Source: Chryseolinea serpens (GTDB taxonomy: Bacteria > Bacteroidota > Bacteroidia > Cytophagales > Cyclobacteriaceae). From it: a stretch of 64,000 bases of DNA. Below the pieces are notes generated by a model. It searched no databases. It was not told the origin of the DNA and saw only the letters and a list, made by a program, of their open reading frames with translations. Position 1 is the stretch's first letter; every line of letters begins with the position of its first letter. The translations under genes and the position numbers were made by a program. Positions 48,225 through 57,232 of this stretch are shown one piece after another. The DNA is taken from assembly GCF_900129725.1 (NCBI RefSeq), contig NZ_FQWQ01000003.1, forward strand, positions 404,686-468,685, given 5' to 3'.

Positions 48225-49436
48225 ATGACAATCGATCACTTAAACAAAATATACTTGAACGCATCTAAATTTCTTTTCCTGATTTTATTTTGTTTGATGG
48301 CTTGTCATTCAGACGATCCTTCCCAAAGCGAACCCCCGCCGGTCGACGGGGGTAGCTTTTATTTTGGGGCCGACCTCTCGTGGGTGAACGAGATCCTCGA
48401 CCACGGTGGCGTTTATAAAGAAGACAACGTGGTGAAAGATCCTTATCAGATCTTCAAGAACAAAGGACTGAATCTCGTGCGCGTAAGACTTTGGAACAAT
48501 CCGCTTTGGACGAAAGAAAAGTATGGCGACCAGGGAACTCAGTTGTACAGCGACATCAAAGACGTTGAGCGCACCATTGCCAGCGCCAAAGCTTTGGGAC
48601 TACAGGTGTTGCTTGATTTTCATTATTCCGATACCTGGGCCGATCCCGAAAAACAGTATATCCCCGAAGCCTGGCAGGATATTAAATCGATAAAGGTTTT
48701 GAGCGATTCGGTCTATAACTACACGTTCAAAACCCTGCATTATCTCCAGGGCAAAAACCTGCAGCCGGAGTTGGTTCAACTGGGCAACGAGATCAACTGT
48801 GGCCTGCTGTCTACCGATGCGCCGAGTGGATTTCCATCCTGCAACGTCTGCAACAATCAATGGACGAATGCCGGCGAAGTTTTGAATGCGGGCATCCGCG
48901 CCGTACGCGATGTGTCGGCCTCTGCATCCACCAAAACAAAAGTGATCCTGCACGTTGCTGACCCGAAAAATGTGGAATGGTGGTTCGACAATATAAAAAG
49001 CCAGGCGCTGGTCACCGATTTTGATATGGTCGGTTTTTCCTATTATCCCCTCTGGCATACCACGGTGGCCATAGACGATATCTCCGCTAAAGTTGCCGGC
49101 TTCAAAGCACGCTTCAACAAGGACGTGATCATCCTGGAAACCGGCTATCCCTGGACCCGCGAGAACGCCGACAGCTACAACAACCTGTTTGGCGATGCAC
49201 AACCCCTCAATGGTTTTCCCTTCACCATCCAAGGTCAATATGACCTGATGAAAAAACTCACCACGGAAGTGAAGCAAGGAGGCGGTGTGGGTGTCATTCC
49301 CTGGGAGCCTGGAGCGATAACGTCGGGCATGAAGGACCAGTGGGGTACAGGCTCGACCCTGGACAATTGTGCCTACTTCGATTTCAGCGGCAACGCCATT
49401 CAAACCATGGATTACATGACCTTCCAATATCCATGA
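48225..49436 (+). CDS. Arabinogalactan endo-beta-1,4-galactanase, GH53 (lipoprotein)
   Basis: It has a lipobox (LFCLMACHSDD) and GH53 motifs (FYFGADLSWVNEILDHGGVY; LNLVRVRLWNNP; LLDFHYSDTWADPEKQ; VQLGNEIN; GVIPWEPG). Confidence 0.8.
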   Translation: MTIDHLNKIYLNASKFLFLILFCLMACHSDDPSQSEPPPVDGGSFYFGADLSWVNEILDHGGVYKEDNVVKDPYQIFKNKGLNLVRVRLWNNPLWTKEKYGDQGTQLYSDIKDVERTIASAKALGLQVLLDFHYSDTWADPEKQYIPEAWQDIKSIKVLSDSVYNYTFKTLHYLQGKNLQPELVQLGNEINCGLLSTDAPSGFPSCNVCNNQWTNAGEVLNAGIRAVRDVSASASTKTKVILHVADPKNVEWWFDNIKSQALVTDFDMVGFSYYPLWHTTVAIDDISAKVAGFKARFNKDVIILETGYPWTRENADSYNNLFGDAQPLNGFPFTIQGQYDLMKKLTTEVKQGGGVGVIPWEPGAITSGMKDQWGTGSTLDNCAYFDFSGNAIQTMDYMTFQYP

Positions 49437-49637
49437 GCCGCAACGCTTAACTCAGCATCAAAGCCCATCCGACCATTGCCTGCGAATCGCTTCGCCTGGA
49501 GAATCTATGCCCTTCCGTCACGAATTCTGGTGAAATTCTGAATTGGCATTCCCGAAAAAAAGTCCGCCCGCGATCACCCAAAGCGCTTTGTATTAATGAA
49601 TTAGGAGTTCCATAAAAATTTTTTCAGGAAAAGTCTT

Positions 49638-49681
49638 GCGCAACCATATGGTTGCTTTTACATTTGCAACCATATAGTTGC
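49638..49681. promoter_or_regulatory. Duplicated ArsR/SmtB-type operator palindromes overlapping the arsR promoter
   Basis: The sites are GCGCAACCATATGGTTGC (49638..49655) and GCAACCATATAGTTGC (49666..49681). Both are near-perfect inverted repeats of the CAACCATATGGTTG type. They lie 12-55 nt upstream of the ATG at 49693. Confidence 0.65.
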
Positions 49682-49692
49682 TGATTAAAAAT

Positions 49693-50025
49693 ATGATCGA
49701 ACGAAGAGACGTATTCCAGGCGATTGCCGACCCCACGCGGAGGGCAATCCTGACGCTCATTGCATTGCAGGCCATGACGCCCAATGCCCTGGCGGAACAT
49801 TTTGATACGAGCCGCCAGGCAGTATCAAAGCACATCAAGGTCCTGACCGAATGCCAACTGGTGAACCAGGAACAATCGGGGAGGGAGATCTATTATTACT
49901 GTAACCCCAAAAAAATGAAAGAAGTAGACGAATGGCTGGAGCCCTTCCGACGGTTGTGGGAAAAGCGCTTCGATCAACTGGATAATGTTTTAAAACAACT
50001 TAAATCAAAACGTCATGGTAAGTAA
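49693..50025 (+). CDS. ArsR/SmtB-family metalloregulator-type transcriptional repressor
   Basis: The N-terminus [51 protein letters not shown] is the classic ArsR wHTH. The ATG at 49693 is preferred over the TTG at 49678. Its stop overlaps the next gene's start by 11 nt. Confidence 0.8.
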   Translation: MIERRDVFQAIADPTRRAILTLIALQAMTPNALAEHFDTSRQAVSKHIKVLTECQLVNQEQSGREIYYYCNPKKMKEVDEWLEPFRRLWEKRFDQLDNVLKQLKSKRHGK

Positions 50026-50992
50026 CGTAGAAACACAGGAAACGCAAGTCGTGAAAGACTTGGCAAACAAAAAGATCACCATCACCCGGTATTTTGAGGC
50101 CGAGCCCGAGTTGGTTTGGCTCACCTGGACCGAGCCGGAATTGCTCGACCAATGGTGGGCACCGAGACCCTGGCAGACCGAAACCAAAACCATGGATTTC
50201 AAAAAAGGTGGCCATTGGCTCTATTCCATGGTGGGCCCCAACAACGAACGGCATTGGGCGAGAGTTGATTTTGACAAGATCGATCCTCAAAAAAGCTTCG
50301 AGACCACCGATTATTTTGTTGATGAAAAGGGTGTGAAGAATACAGAATTCGGCGAGACGCGTTGGAAGATCGCCTTTCGCGCGATGGGCAGCGGAACGGA
50401 GATCACGGTGGAGATCACGTCGGCAAGCGAGGCTAACCTCCAGCAGTTGCTGGCGATGGGCTTCGAGACCGGCTTCACCATGGCACTCGGAAACCTGGAG
50501 CAATACCTGCAAGCTCAATTCAAAATTCGCAAACAATTAAAGACGAATACAAAACCGCGGGTCACAACCTATCTGAATTTCCCTGGCAACACAGAGGAGG
50601 CGTTCAAATTCTACCGGTCCGTTTTCGGAACCGAGTTCAGCGGCGAAGGCATCAAACGTTTTGGCGATATTCCCCCGGAAGCGGGACATCCCCCGGTGCC
50701 CGACCCGATCAAGAAGATGGTGTTGCACGTGGAGCTGCCCATCCTGGGCGGACATGTGTTGATGGCTACCGATGCGCCAAAGGAAATGGGAATGACCCTC
50801 ACGCAGGGCAACAACATGCACATCTGCGTGGAACCCTCCACACGGGCCGAAACCAAAAAGCTTTTTGATGCCCTGTCAAGTGGCGGCAACGTGACGATGC
50901 CTTTGGCAGATATGTTTTTCGGTGCCTACTTCGGGGAGTTCACCGATCGCTATGGAATAAACTGGATGTTCAATTGCATCGAGAAACCGTAA
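50015..50992 (+). CDS. Fusion protein: an N-terminal SRPBCC/AHSA1 (Activator-of-Hsp90-ATPase-like) domain plus a C-terminal PhnB-like VOC/glyoxalase-fold domain
   Basis: The N-terminal half has [34 protein letters not shown], the AHSA1/SRPBCC signature. The C-terminal half has [23 protein letters not shown]...[20 protein letters not shown], the PhnB/3-demethylubiquinone-9 methyltransferase-like VOC signature. Confidence 0.7.
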   Translation: MVSNVETQETQVVKDLANKKITITRYFEAEPELVWLTWTEPELLDQWWAPRPWQTETKTMDFKKGGHWLYSMVGPNNERHWARVDFDKIDPQKSFETTDYFVDEKGVKNTEFGETRWKIAFRAMGSGTEITVEITSASEANLQQLLAMGFETGFTMALGNLEQYLQAQFKIRKQLKTNTKPRVTTYLNFPGNTEEAFKFYRSVFGTEFSGEGIKRFGDIPPEAGHPPVPDPIKKMVLHVELPILGGHVLMATDAPKEMGMTLTQGNNMHICVEPSTRAETKKLFDALSSGGNVTMPLADMFFGAYFGEFTDRYGINWMFNCIEKP

Positions 50993-51018
50993 AGCATCAC
51001 AGTACCTTGAAATAAATG

Positions 51019-51051
51019 AAGACTGCTCGCAAGGGCAGTCTTTGTTTTTTA
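51019..51051 (+). terminator. Intrinsic terminator after the SRPBCC-VOC gene
   Basis: The stem is aagactgc/gcagtctt with loop tcgcaagg. It is followed by TGTTTTTTA. Confidence 0.65.
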
Positions 51052-51094
51052 CGTGGTTTGAATCGCGCCTCAGCTTCTTTCAAAAAGAACCGTC

Positions 51095-51400
51095 TCAAGC
51101 ATTCCCCGGTACATCGATAAATTTCTCCACCGAAAACGCCCGCGGCCGATCCGCAAATAATTCCTTGGTTCTTCCCCACACACTTTCAAAGAGTGCCGAC
51201 TGCCGGTAGCGCTCCAACGCTGCGGCATCGCGCCAGTAGCTATAGGTGATGTAGGTGTGGGGTGCGTCAACATCCTTGAGCAACTCCAGGTGCGAGCACC
51301 CTTCAAAATTCCGGATCTCGGTTTTGTGCCGGTTGAAGACGGTGAGAAATTCTTCGACCCCCGATTCTTTAAAATGCATGCGGACGATTCGGATGAGCAT
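51095..51400 (-). CDS. Antibiotic-biosynthesis-monooxygenase (ABM) domain protein
   Basis: The start at 51400 gives MLIRIVRMHFKESGVEEFLTVFNRHKTEIRNFEGCSHLELLKD...YITYSYWRDAAALERYRQSALF. It has the ferredoxin-like ABM fold signature and is about 100 aa. Confidence 0.6.
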   Translation of the reverse strand: MLIRIVRMHFKESGVEEFLTVFNRHKTEIRNFEGCSHLELLKDVDAPHTYITYSYWRDAAALERYRQSALFESVWGRTKELFADRPRAFSVEKFIDVPGNA

Positions 51401-51470
51401 GTGGATTAAATTTTTATGGCTTACGACAAAAGACGGGTGAGTGGACCAGGCTGCAGGATGACCGTTGTCG

Positions 51471-52244
51471 TCATTCCTCGAAGATAACATTCACTGTCCC
51501 CCCATAACCAAGTCCCAGCAACTCCGAGGCGTTCCCCTTGTAGATGCCGACTTCCAGCAGGTTCAGGCTATTGAACACGATAAAGCATTCGCCCTGTTCG
51601 GCCTGGCTGTATTGGGTCTGGATGCGGCGGAATTTTTCGCCCCCGAATTGGATGGTGTATGCTTTTCCCTGGCTCAGCACGTCGAACGCATCTTTGCTGA
51701 TGTTGGTGATGAGGTTGCCCATATTGTCCACGCGGATGATGCTGCCCGTGATCTGCTTTTTGGTGGCTTTCATCTGGCGGTCGATCATTTTTTTGAACGC
51801 CGGCATGGGTTTGCCCAGGGTGGTGATGGCCACGCCGCTGGCCAATTTGGCGGCCGCCGGTGCAAAGATGTCGCGTTCGGGAAAGGTGGTGCTCACCGTG
51901 GCGATGGCATTGAGTTCGGCCAGTTGCTGGTGGGGCTTTTCGCTGATGAGGCCAAACAGCCCATTGTCGCACCCCACAAAAAAATGGTCCTCCAACTGCA
52001 GGGCAATGAACGCATCGCCCCGGTTTCCTGTTGCATCTACGCCGACCAGGTGCACGGTGCCTTTGGGAAAATCGCGGAAAACAGCCCGCAACACAAAGGC
52101 GGCGTGGGCAATGTCTGCTGGTTTGATGTGATGGCTGATGTCTTCCACCCGAACCCCCGGGTTTATACTGATGATCCGGGCCTTGACCGCGGCCACATAG
52201 TGATCACTTTCGCCGGAGTCCGTAAGAAGCGTAACAATGGCCAT
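51471..52244 (-). CDS. SAM hydroxide adenosyltransferase (DUF62; fluorinase/chlorinase-like SAM hydrolase)
   Basis: It has MAIVTLLTDSGESDHYVAAVKARI...DISHHIKPADIAHAAFVL...VHLVGVD. This N-terminal motif set is characteristic of DUF62 SAM hydroxide adenosyltransferases. Confidence 0.75.
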   Translation of the reverse strand: MAIVTLLTDSGESDHYVAAVKARIISINPGVRVEDISHHIKPADIAHAAFVLRAVFRDFPKGTVHLVGVDATGNRGDAFIALQLEDHFFVGCDNGLFGLISEKPHQQLAELNAIATVSTTFPERDIFAPAAAKLASGVAITTLGKPMPAFKKMIDRQMKATKKQITGSIIRVDNMGNLITNISKDAFDVLSQGKAYTIQFGGEKFRRIQTQYSQAEQGECFIVFNSLNLLEVGIYKGNASELLGLGYGGTVNVIFEE

Positions 52245-52334
52245 GGTTGATGCTACCGCAGATATTCGTTAATTTTGGTATGGCAAAGTAAACATTTTTA
52301 AGCCACATTGCTTTTACTCTAAATCCATATTCAT

Positions 52335-53282
52335 TTGACCGAAAAAGTAGTTACACTGGAAAATATTTCCATGGTTGACTTCCTGGGAATCGAGAACAAG
52401 ACCATCGACACGTTGTCGGCAGCCTTTCCCAAAAGCAGGATCATATCACGCGGCAACCAAATACTGATCAAAGGACCCACGGCCGAGATCGGCCAGATCG
52501 ACGATGTGCTCACCTCGCTGGTGGACCACTATCACAAGTATGGCCGCATCACGGAAGAAAACGTGCAAGCCTACATCGAGCGCGAACACGAGGTAGTGCA
52601 AGCCGAACACCAGGCCGCCGAAGACGTGATCGTCTATGGCACCAAAGGCAACCCCATCAAGCCCAAGACCGCCAACCAGCTCAAACTCGTGCAGTTGGTG
52701 AAAGACAACGACCTGGTCTTTGCGCTTGGTCCGGCGGGGACCGGCAAGACCTACATCTCTGTGGCGCTGGCCGTGAGAGCACTCAAAAACAAACAGGTAA
52801 AGAAGATCATCATCACGCGCCCCGCGGTGGAGGCAGGGGAGAACCTTGGCTTTTTGCCGGGTGATCTGAAAGAAAAGATCGATCCCTACCTGCGCCCCAT
52901 CTACGACGCACTGAACGACATGATCCCCTTCGAGAAGCTGGGCTTCTACATGGAACGCGAGATCATCGAGATCGCACCCCTGGCCTACATGCGCGGCCGC
53001 ACCCTGAACAACGCCTTCATCCTGCTGGACGAAGCGCAGAACACCACGCCCATGCAAATGAAAATGTTCCTCACCCGCATGGGCCCCGAATCCAAAATGA
53101 TCGTCACCGGCGACGCTTCCCAGATCGACTTGCCCACGCGGCAAAGCTCCGGCCTCAAGGAAGCGGTGCGCATCCTGAAAGACGTGAAAGGCATCGGCAT
53201 CGTGGAACTCAACGAGAAAGACGTGGTGCGTCACCGCCTCGTGCGCGACATCATCGAAGCCTACGACAAGGAAAGTTCCTGA
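52335..53282 (+). CDS. phoH: PhoH-family ATPase (YbeZ-like)
   Basis: It has the Walker A motif GPAGTGKTY and the PhoH signature (AVEAGENLGFLPGD...ILLDEAQNTTPMQMKMFLTRMGPESKMIVTGDASQIDLP). The start is a TTG at 52335 or an ATG at 52371. Upstream is a Bacteroidota-style -7 box TAATTTTG at 52280..52287. Confidence 0.85.
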   Translation: MTEKVVTLENISMVDFLGIENKTIDTLSAAFPKSRIISRGNQILIKGPTAEIGQIDDVLTSLVDHYHKYGRITEENVQAYIEREHEVVQAEHQAAEDVIVYGTKGNPIKPKTANQLKLVQLVKDNDLVFALGPAGTGKTYISVALAVRALKNKQVKKIIITRPAVEAGENLGFLPGDLKEKIDPYLRPIYDALNDMIPFEKLGFYMEREIIEIAPLAYMRGRTLNNAFILLDEAQNTTPMQMKMFLTRMGPESKMIVTGDASQIDLPTRQSSGLKEAVRILKDVKGIGIVELNEKDVVRHRLVRDIIEAYDKESS

Positions 53283-53304
53283 CGGAATTTTATTACCTTT
53301 CTTC

Positions 53305-55374
53305 ATGAACCGTTGGATACCCTACGCCTTCGTCCGCATGGTGGTATTTCTAGGGGGCGGCATCCTGCTGGCCATCCATCTCCCGGACGCAATCGACGCG
53401 CCGTTGGCGCAAGCCCTGTTGGTGGGCCTCTGCATGATCTACTTTGTGCTGGCGCTGACCTATCGCCGCTGGCAACTCAACCCCGGGCTGTTCGGATTGC
53501 TGGCCCTCTTTGTGGCCGGTTTCAGCATCACGCTCCAACGCACGGCCTCCCGAAGCGATGCTCATTTTCTTCACCTGAAAACGCCAGTCGCCTATTACAC
53601 GGCCGTAGCGACGAAGCCTTCAGAAGAGAAAAGTAAATCCTGGAAACTGGAAGTCGCCGTGCAGCAAGTGAACACCGCAGGCCGGTGGAGGCCACAGCAA
53701 GGCAACGTCCTACTGTATCTTTCCAAACAGGATTTTAAAAAGCCTTTTGCGTATGGCGATGTTTTGCTTGTGAAAGGCTCGCCCCAATTCATTCCGCCTC
53801 CCGGCAACCCGGGAGAATTCGACTACCGGCAATACCTTTCTTACCGTCAAATTTATCATCAGCAATTCCTACGCACCGGCGATGTGCAGCAAATTGCCTA
53901 CGACCCTCCGGGAACTTTGATGCGTCACGCCATTGCCGTGCGGCTTTGGGCCGATGGTGTGATCCGTCGTTTTGTGCCCGGCGACCGCGAATACGGATTG
54001 GCATCGGCTTTGGTCTTGGGTGTAACGGATGGGCTGGACAATGAAGTTCTGCAGGCCTATGCCGCGACGGGGGCGTTGCATGTGTTGTCGGTTTCGGGGT
54101 TGCACGTGGGCATCGTGTATTGGTTGCTGCTGTTGATGTTGCGGCCGCTTCAGAAAACTTACTCCGGAAAATGGATCCTGGCCGTCGTCAGCATTTTTGT
54201 GCTTTGGGGCTATGCGTTTGTGACAGGGCTTTCTCCGTCTGTGTTGCGGGCGGTCACCATGTTTTCATTTATGGCGTTGGCGCGGCCGATGAACCGGCAA
54301 ATGAATATCTATAACACGCTGGCAGCATCTGCTTTTTGCTTGTTGCTGGTCGATCCGTTCATGATCATGTCGGTGGGGTTTCAGCTTTCTTATCTGGCTT
54401 TGCTGGGCATCGTCTATTTTCAACCCGGTATCTATGCGTTGTGGGAGCCTAAGAACAGGTTATGGGACGAAATCTGGAAAGTGAGCAGCGTGTCGCTGGC
54501 GGCGCAATTTGCTACGTTCACGGTGGGGTTGTTGTACTTCCATCAGTTCCCCAATTATTTTCTGATCACAAACCTCGTGGTCATCCCCGCCTCTTTTGGG
54601 GTGCTCATCGCCGGCTTGGTGTTGTTGGCCGTAAGCGCCGTGCCCGTGGTGGCCGGCTTTTTGGGTATAGGGCTGGGGTGGCTGGTGAAAATGATGAATG
54701 GATTTGTTTTTGGTGTTGAGAATTTCCCATTCAGTAAGATCGAAAATGTCTATATCACGCCCTGGCAATTTGTTTTGCTCACCGCGATGTTGCTCTGTCT
54801 CGTCCGGTTGCTGGAAACAAGAAGGATGTCGTGGCTGGTGACGGCTGGTTTCGCCGCCGTGGGATTTGCTGTATTGCAGGGGAGCTATGTGCGGGAACAA
54901 ATCGATCAGCAACGCATAACGGTCTATAAAGTCTCCGGGCAAACGGCGGTGGACCTGATGAACGAGAGAACGGTTTTTAGCTGGGGCGATACCGCGTTGA
55001 TCCGGGATCGATCGAAAGTGAAATTCCACCTGGCCCCAAACCGGATCCTTTACAACGCGCAGGAAACGGCACCGCCTCCACCCATAAACGAATGGAAAGG
55101 CTGCACGCTGATGGTGTGGCATGGCGAATCTATTCTGCGCATTTCCGACCGGGAATTTTCGCTTCCTTCAACTTTGCAGGTCGATTACCTGATCCTTAGT
55201 CACAATGCCGTGCGCGATCTTTCTTCCGTAGTGTCAAAGGTTGTGGCCAAACAGATCATCGTCGACAGCAGCAATAAATTCTATCTTGCCAACCGGTTGC
55301 TGCAACAAGCGAAAGAACGGGGCCAGCCGGTTTATTCCGTGTGGCACGACGGCGCATTTGATCGATCGATATGA
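53305..55374 (+). CDS. comEC: ComEC/Rec2-family DNA internalization channel protein (DUF4131 + Competence domains; no metallo-beta-lactamase domain visible)
   Basis: It is a polytopic membrane protein with the Competence motif (ATGALHVLSVSGLHVGIVYWLL...GLSPSVLRAVTMFSF). Length is 689 aa. Confidence 0.8.
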   Translation: MNRWIPYAFVRMVVFLGGGILLAIHLPDAIDAPLAQALLVGLCMIYFVLALTYRRWQLNPGLFGLLALFVAGFSITLQRTASRSDAHFLHLKTPVAYYTAVATKPSEEKSKSWKLEVAVQQVNTAGRWRPQQGNVLLYLSKQDFKKPFAYGDVLLVKGSPQFIPPPGNPGEFDYRQYLSYRQIYHQQFLRTGDVQQIAYDPPGTLMRHAIAVRLWADGVIRRFVPGDREYGLASALVLGVTDGLDNEVLQAYAATGALHVLSVSGLHVGIVYWLLLLMLRPLQKTYSGKWILAVVSIFVLWGYAFVTGLSPSVLRAVTMFSFMALARPMNRQMNIYNTLAASAFCLLLVDPFMIMSVGFQLSYLALLGIVYFQPGIYALWEPKNRLWDEIWKVSSVSLAAQFATFTVGLLYFHQFPNYFLITNLVVIPASFGVLIAGLVLLAVSAVPVVAGFLGIGLGWLVKMMNGFVFGVENFPFSKIENVYITPWQFVLLTAMLLCLVRLLETRRMSWLVTAGFAAVGFAVLQGSYVREQIDQQRITVYKVSGQTAVDLMNERTVFSWGDTALIRDRSKVKFHLAPNRILYNAQETAPPPPINEWKGCTLMVWHGESILRISDREFSLPSTLQVDYLILSHNAVRDLSSVVSKVVAKQIIVDSSNKFYLANRLLQQAKERGQPVYSVWHDGAFDRSI

Positions 55375-55404
55375 TATAAGGGAACCGTGATTTAATCAAA
55401 AGAC

Positions 55405-56178
55405 ATGAAATATATCCAATACAGCGCAGACCAAGGCATCGGAACCATCACCCTAAGCCGGCCCGAAAAAAGAAACGCCCTGAGTTTTGAATTGGTGAGC
55501 GAATTGAAAGCGGCCTTCACCGCCCTGGAGATGGACGCCACCGTAAAGATCATCATCCTCAAAGCGCAAGGGGAGGCGTTTTGCGCGGGTGCCGACCTGG
55601 GCTACCTGCAGCAGCTTCAGCATTTTTCGTATGAAGAGAATCTTGCCGATTCGAATCACCTGAAAGAATTGTTCCTGCAGATCTATACGCTGAAAAAAGT
55701 GGTCATCGCCCAGGTGCAAGGCCATGCGTTGGCGGGCGGCTGCGGACTGGCAACCGTATGCGATTTTGTATTTGCCGTTCCCGAAGCAAAGTTTGGCTAC
55801 ACTGAAGTAAGGATCGGATTTATTCCCGCCATCGTCATGATCTTTTTACTGCGCAAGATCGGCGAGGCCCGATCGAAGCAACTCCTGCTCAGCGGCGAAC
55901 TGATCACGGCCGACGAAGCCCAGCGTCTCTCCCTCATCAACCGCATCATCCCGAAGGAAAACCTGGAGCAGGAGACCATCGCCTTTGCTGCATCGCTCAT
56001 CCGCTCCAACTCAGCGCAAGCCATGATGCAAACCAAGCAAATGATTGCCCGCGTACAGGAGCTCCCCCTCGAACAGGCATTGACGTTTGCGGCGGAATCC
56101 AATGCTACCGCCCGGGCTACCGGGGATTGCAAGCGTGGGGTAGACGCCTTTCTGAAAAAAGAAAAAATCACCTGGTAA
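55405..56178 (+). CDS. Enoyl-CoA hydratase/isomerase (crotonase) family protein
   Basis: It has crotonase motifs (ITLSRPEKRNAL; FCAGADLG; AQVQGHALAGGCGLATVCDFVFA). Length is 257 aa. Confidence 0.85.
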   Translation: MKYIQYSADQGIGTITLSRPEKRNALSFELVSELKAAFTALEMDATVKIIILKAQGEAFCAGADLGYLQQLQHFSYEENLADSNHLKELFLQIYTLKKVVIAQVQGHALAGGCGLATVCDFVFAVPEAKFGYTEVRIGFIPAIVMIFLLRKIGEARSKQLLLSGELITADEAQRLSLINRIIPKENLEQETIAFAASLIRSNSAQAMMQTKQMIARVQELPLEQALTFAAESNATARATGDCKRGVDAFLKKEKITW

Positions 56179-56291
56179 AAAGGGAAAAGTCAGGCTAATC
56201 CCGTAATTATTCGAAAAAACGCACACCGATATTACGCCCATTGGAATTTATAGAGGCGAAACCTCTAAACTCGTGGTTCAATCACCTTACC

Positions 56292-57146
56292 ATGAAATCC
56301 CTGTTTACTTTTTTCATCCTGTTAGGCGCCGCGTCATGTCTGGCGCAATCTTATTCGGCCGATACCTGGAAGCAAGCCAAGAAAAATGGAAAAGGCACCC
56401 TCTCGCTGGCCTACGTGCAAACCCCCAGCTTCGTATACATCGATAACACCGGCCAACTCGCGGGCATCTGCATCGACATCATGGGCGACTTCAAAGCCTG
56501 GGTGAAGGAAAATAAACAAGTGACCGTCGAGTCCAAATTTGTGGGCGATGGGTCCAACTTCAAGAGCATGTACGACAAAGTAAAGATCTCCAAGGGAGGC
56601 GTAGTCGGTATGGGCAACATCACCATCACCGACGAACGGAAAAAAGAAGTAAAATTCAGCCCGCCCTTCATCACCAACTTTGCTATCCTGGTAACGCAGG
56701 GTAAAATATCCACCTTGTCGAAACTGGAAGATATGCCCAAAACATTTTCGGACCTCACCGCCTATACGGCCAAGGGCACCGTGAACGAACAACGCATTAC
56801 CGATCTGAAAACAAAATATTTTCCCGATCTCAAGGTGTCCTACACCACCACCAGCCAGGAATCGCTCGAAAAAATGCTAGCCGATCCTAAAGGTCTTGCC
56901 TATCTGGACCTGGCGTTCTACCTGGAAGCGGTCCAGATGAAGAAAAGCATAAAACGGCACGCCGTGGCCGACAAAGCCATAGAACAATTCGGCTTCATCA
57001 TGCCCTCCGGCTCCGATTGGGCACCGCTCTTCGAGGAATTCTTTGCGGCTAATGGCGGGTACACCAACACCCGGGAATACAAAGCCATCTTGTTCAAACA
57101 CATGGGCGAAGCGGGCGTAAAGCTCATGCAATCGCAAACCAAATAA
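56292..57146 (+). CDS. Periplasmic substrate-binding (PBP2/amino-acid ABC-type) domain protein
   Basis: The start at 56292 gives MKSLFTFFILLGAASCLAQ, a signal. It has a type-2 periplasmic binding fold pattern (LSLAYVQTPSFVYIDNTGQLAGICIDIM...FSPPF). No cognate transporter is adjacent. Confidence 0.55.
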   Translation: MKSLFTFFILLGAASCLAQSYSADTWKQAKKNGKGTLSLAYVQTPSFVYIDNTGQLAGICIDIMGDFKAWVKENKQVTVESKFVGDGSNFKSMYDKVKISKGGVVGMGNITITDERKKEVKFSPPFITNFAILVTQGKISTLSKLEDMPKTFSDLTAYTAKGTVNEQRITDLKTKYFPDLKVSYTTTSQESLEKMLADPKGLAYLDLAFYLEAVQMKKSIKRHAVADKAIEQFGFIMPSGSDWAPLFEEFFAANGGYTNTREYKAILFKHMGEAGVKLMQSQTK

Positions 57147-57165
57147 CCATCATTCCATAGGAGGA

Positions 57166-57204
57166 AGACCCGGCAGGCCGAAACTTGCCGGGTCTTTTTT
57201 TATA
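57166..57204 (+). terminator. Intrinsic terminator after the substrate-binding protein gene
   Basis: The stem is agacccggca/tgccgggtct, 10 bp, with loop ggccgaaact. It is followed by TTTTTTTAT. Confidence 0.7.
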
Positions 57205-57232
57205 GCGCAACCTTTCGGCTATCTTCGTTTCG

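Noticed and set aside
51465-52250. The + strand 261-aa and 195-aa ORFs overlapping the DUF62 gene
   Set aside because: The minus-strand DUF62 protein has the diagnostic N-terminal motif set. The + strand frames are antisense artefacts.
52446-53306. A 286-aa minus-strand ORF antisense to phoH
   Set aside because: PhoH motifs (GPAGTGKTY etc.) are unambiguous on the + strand. The antisense frame has no features.
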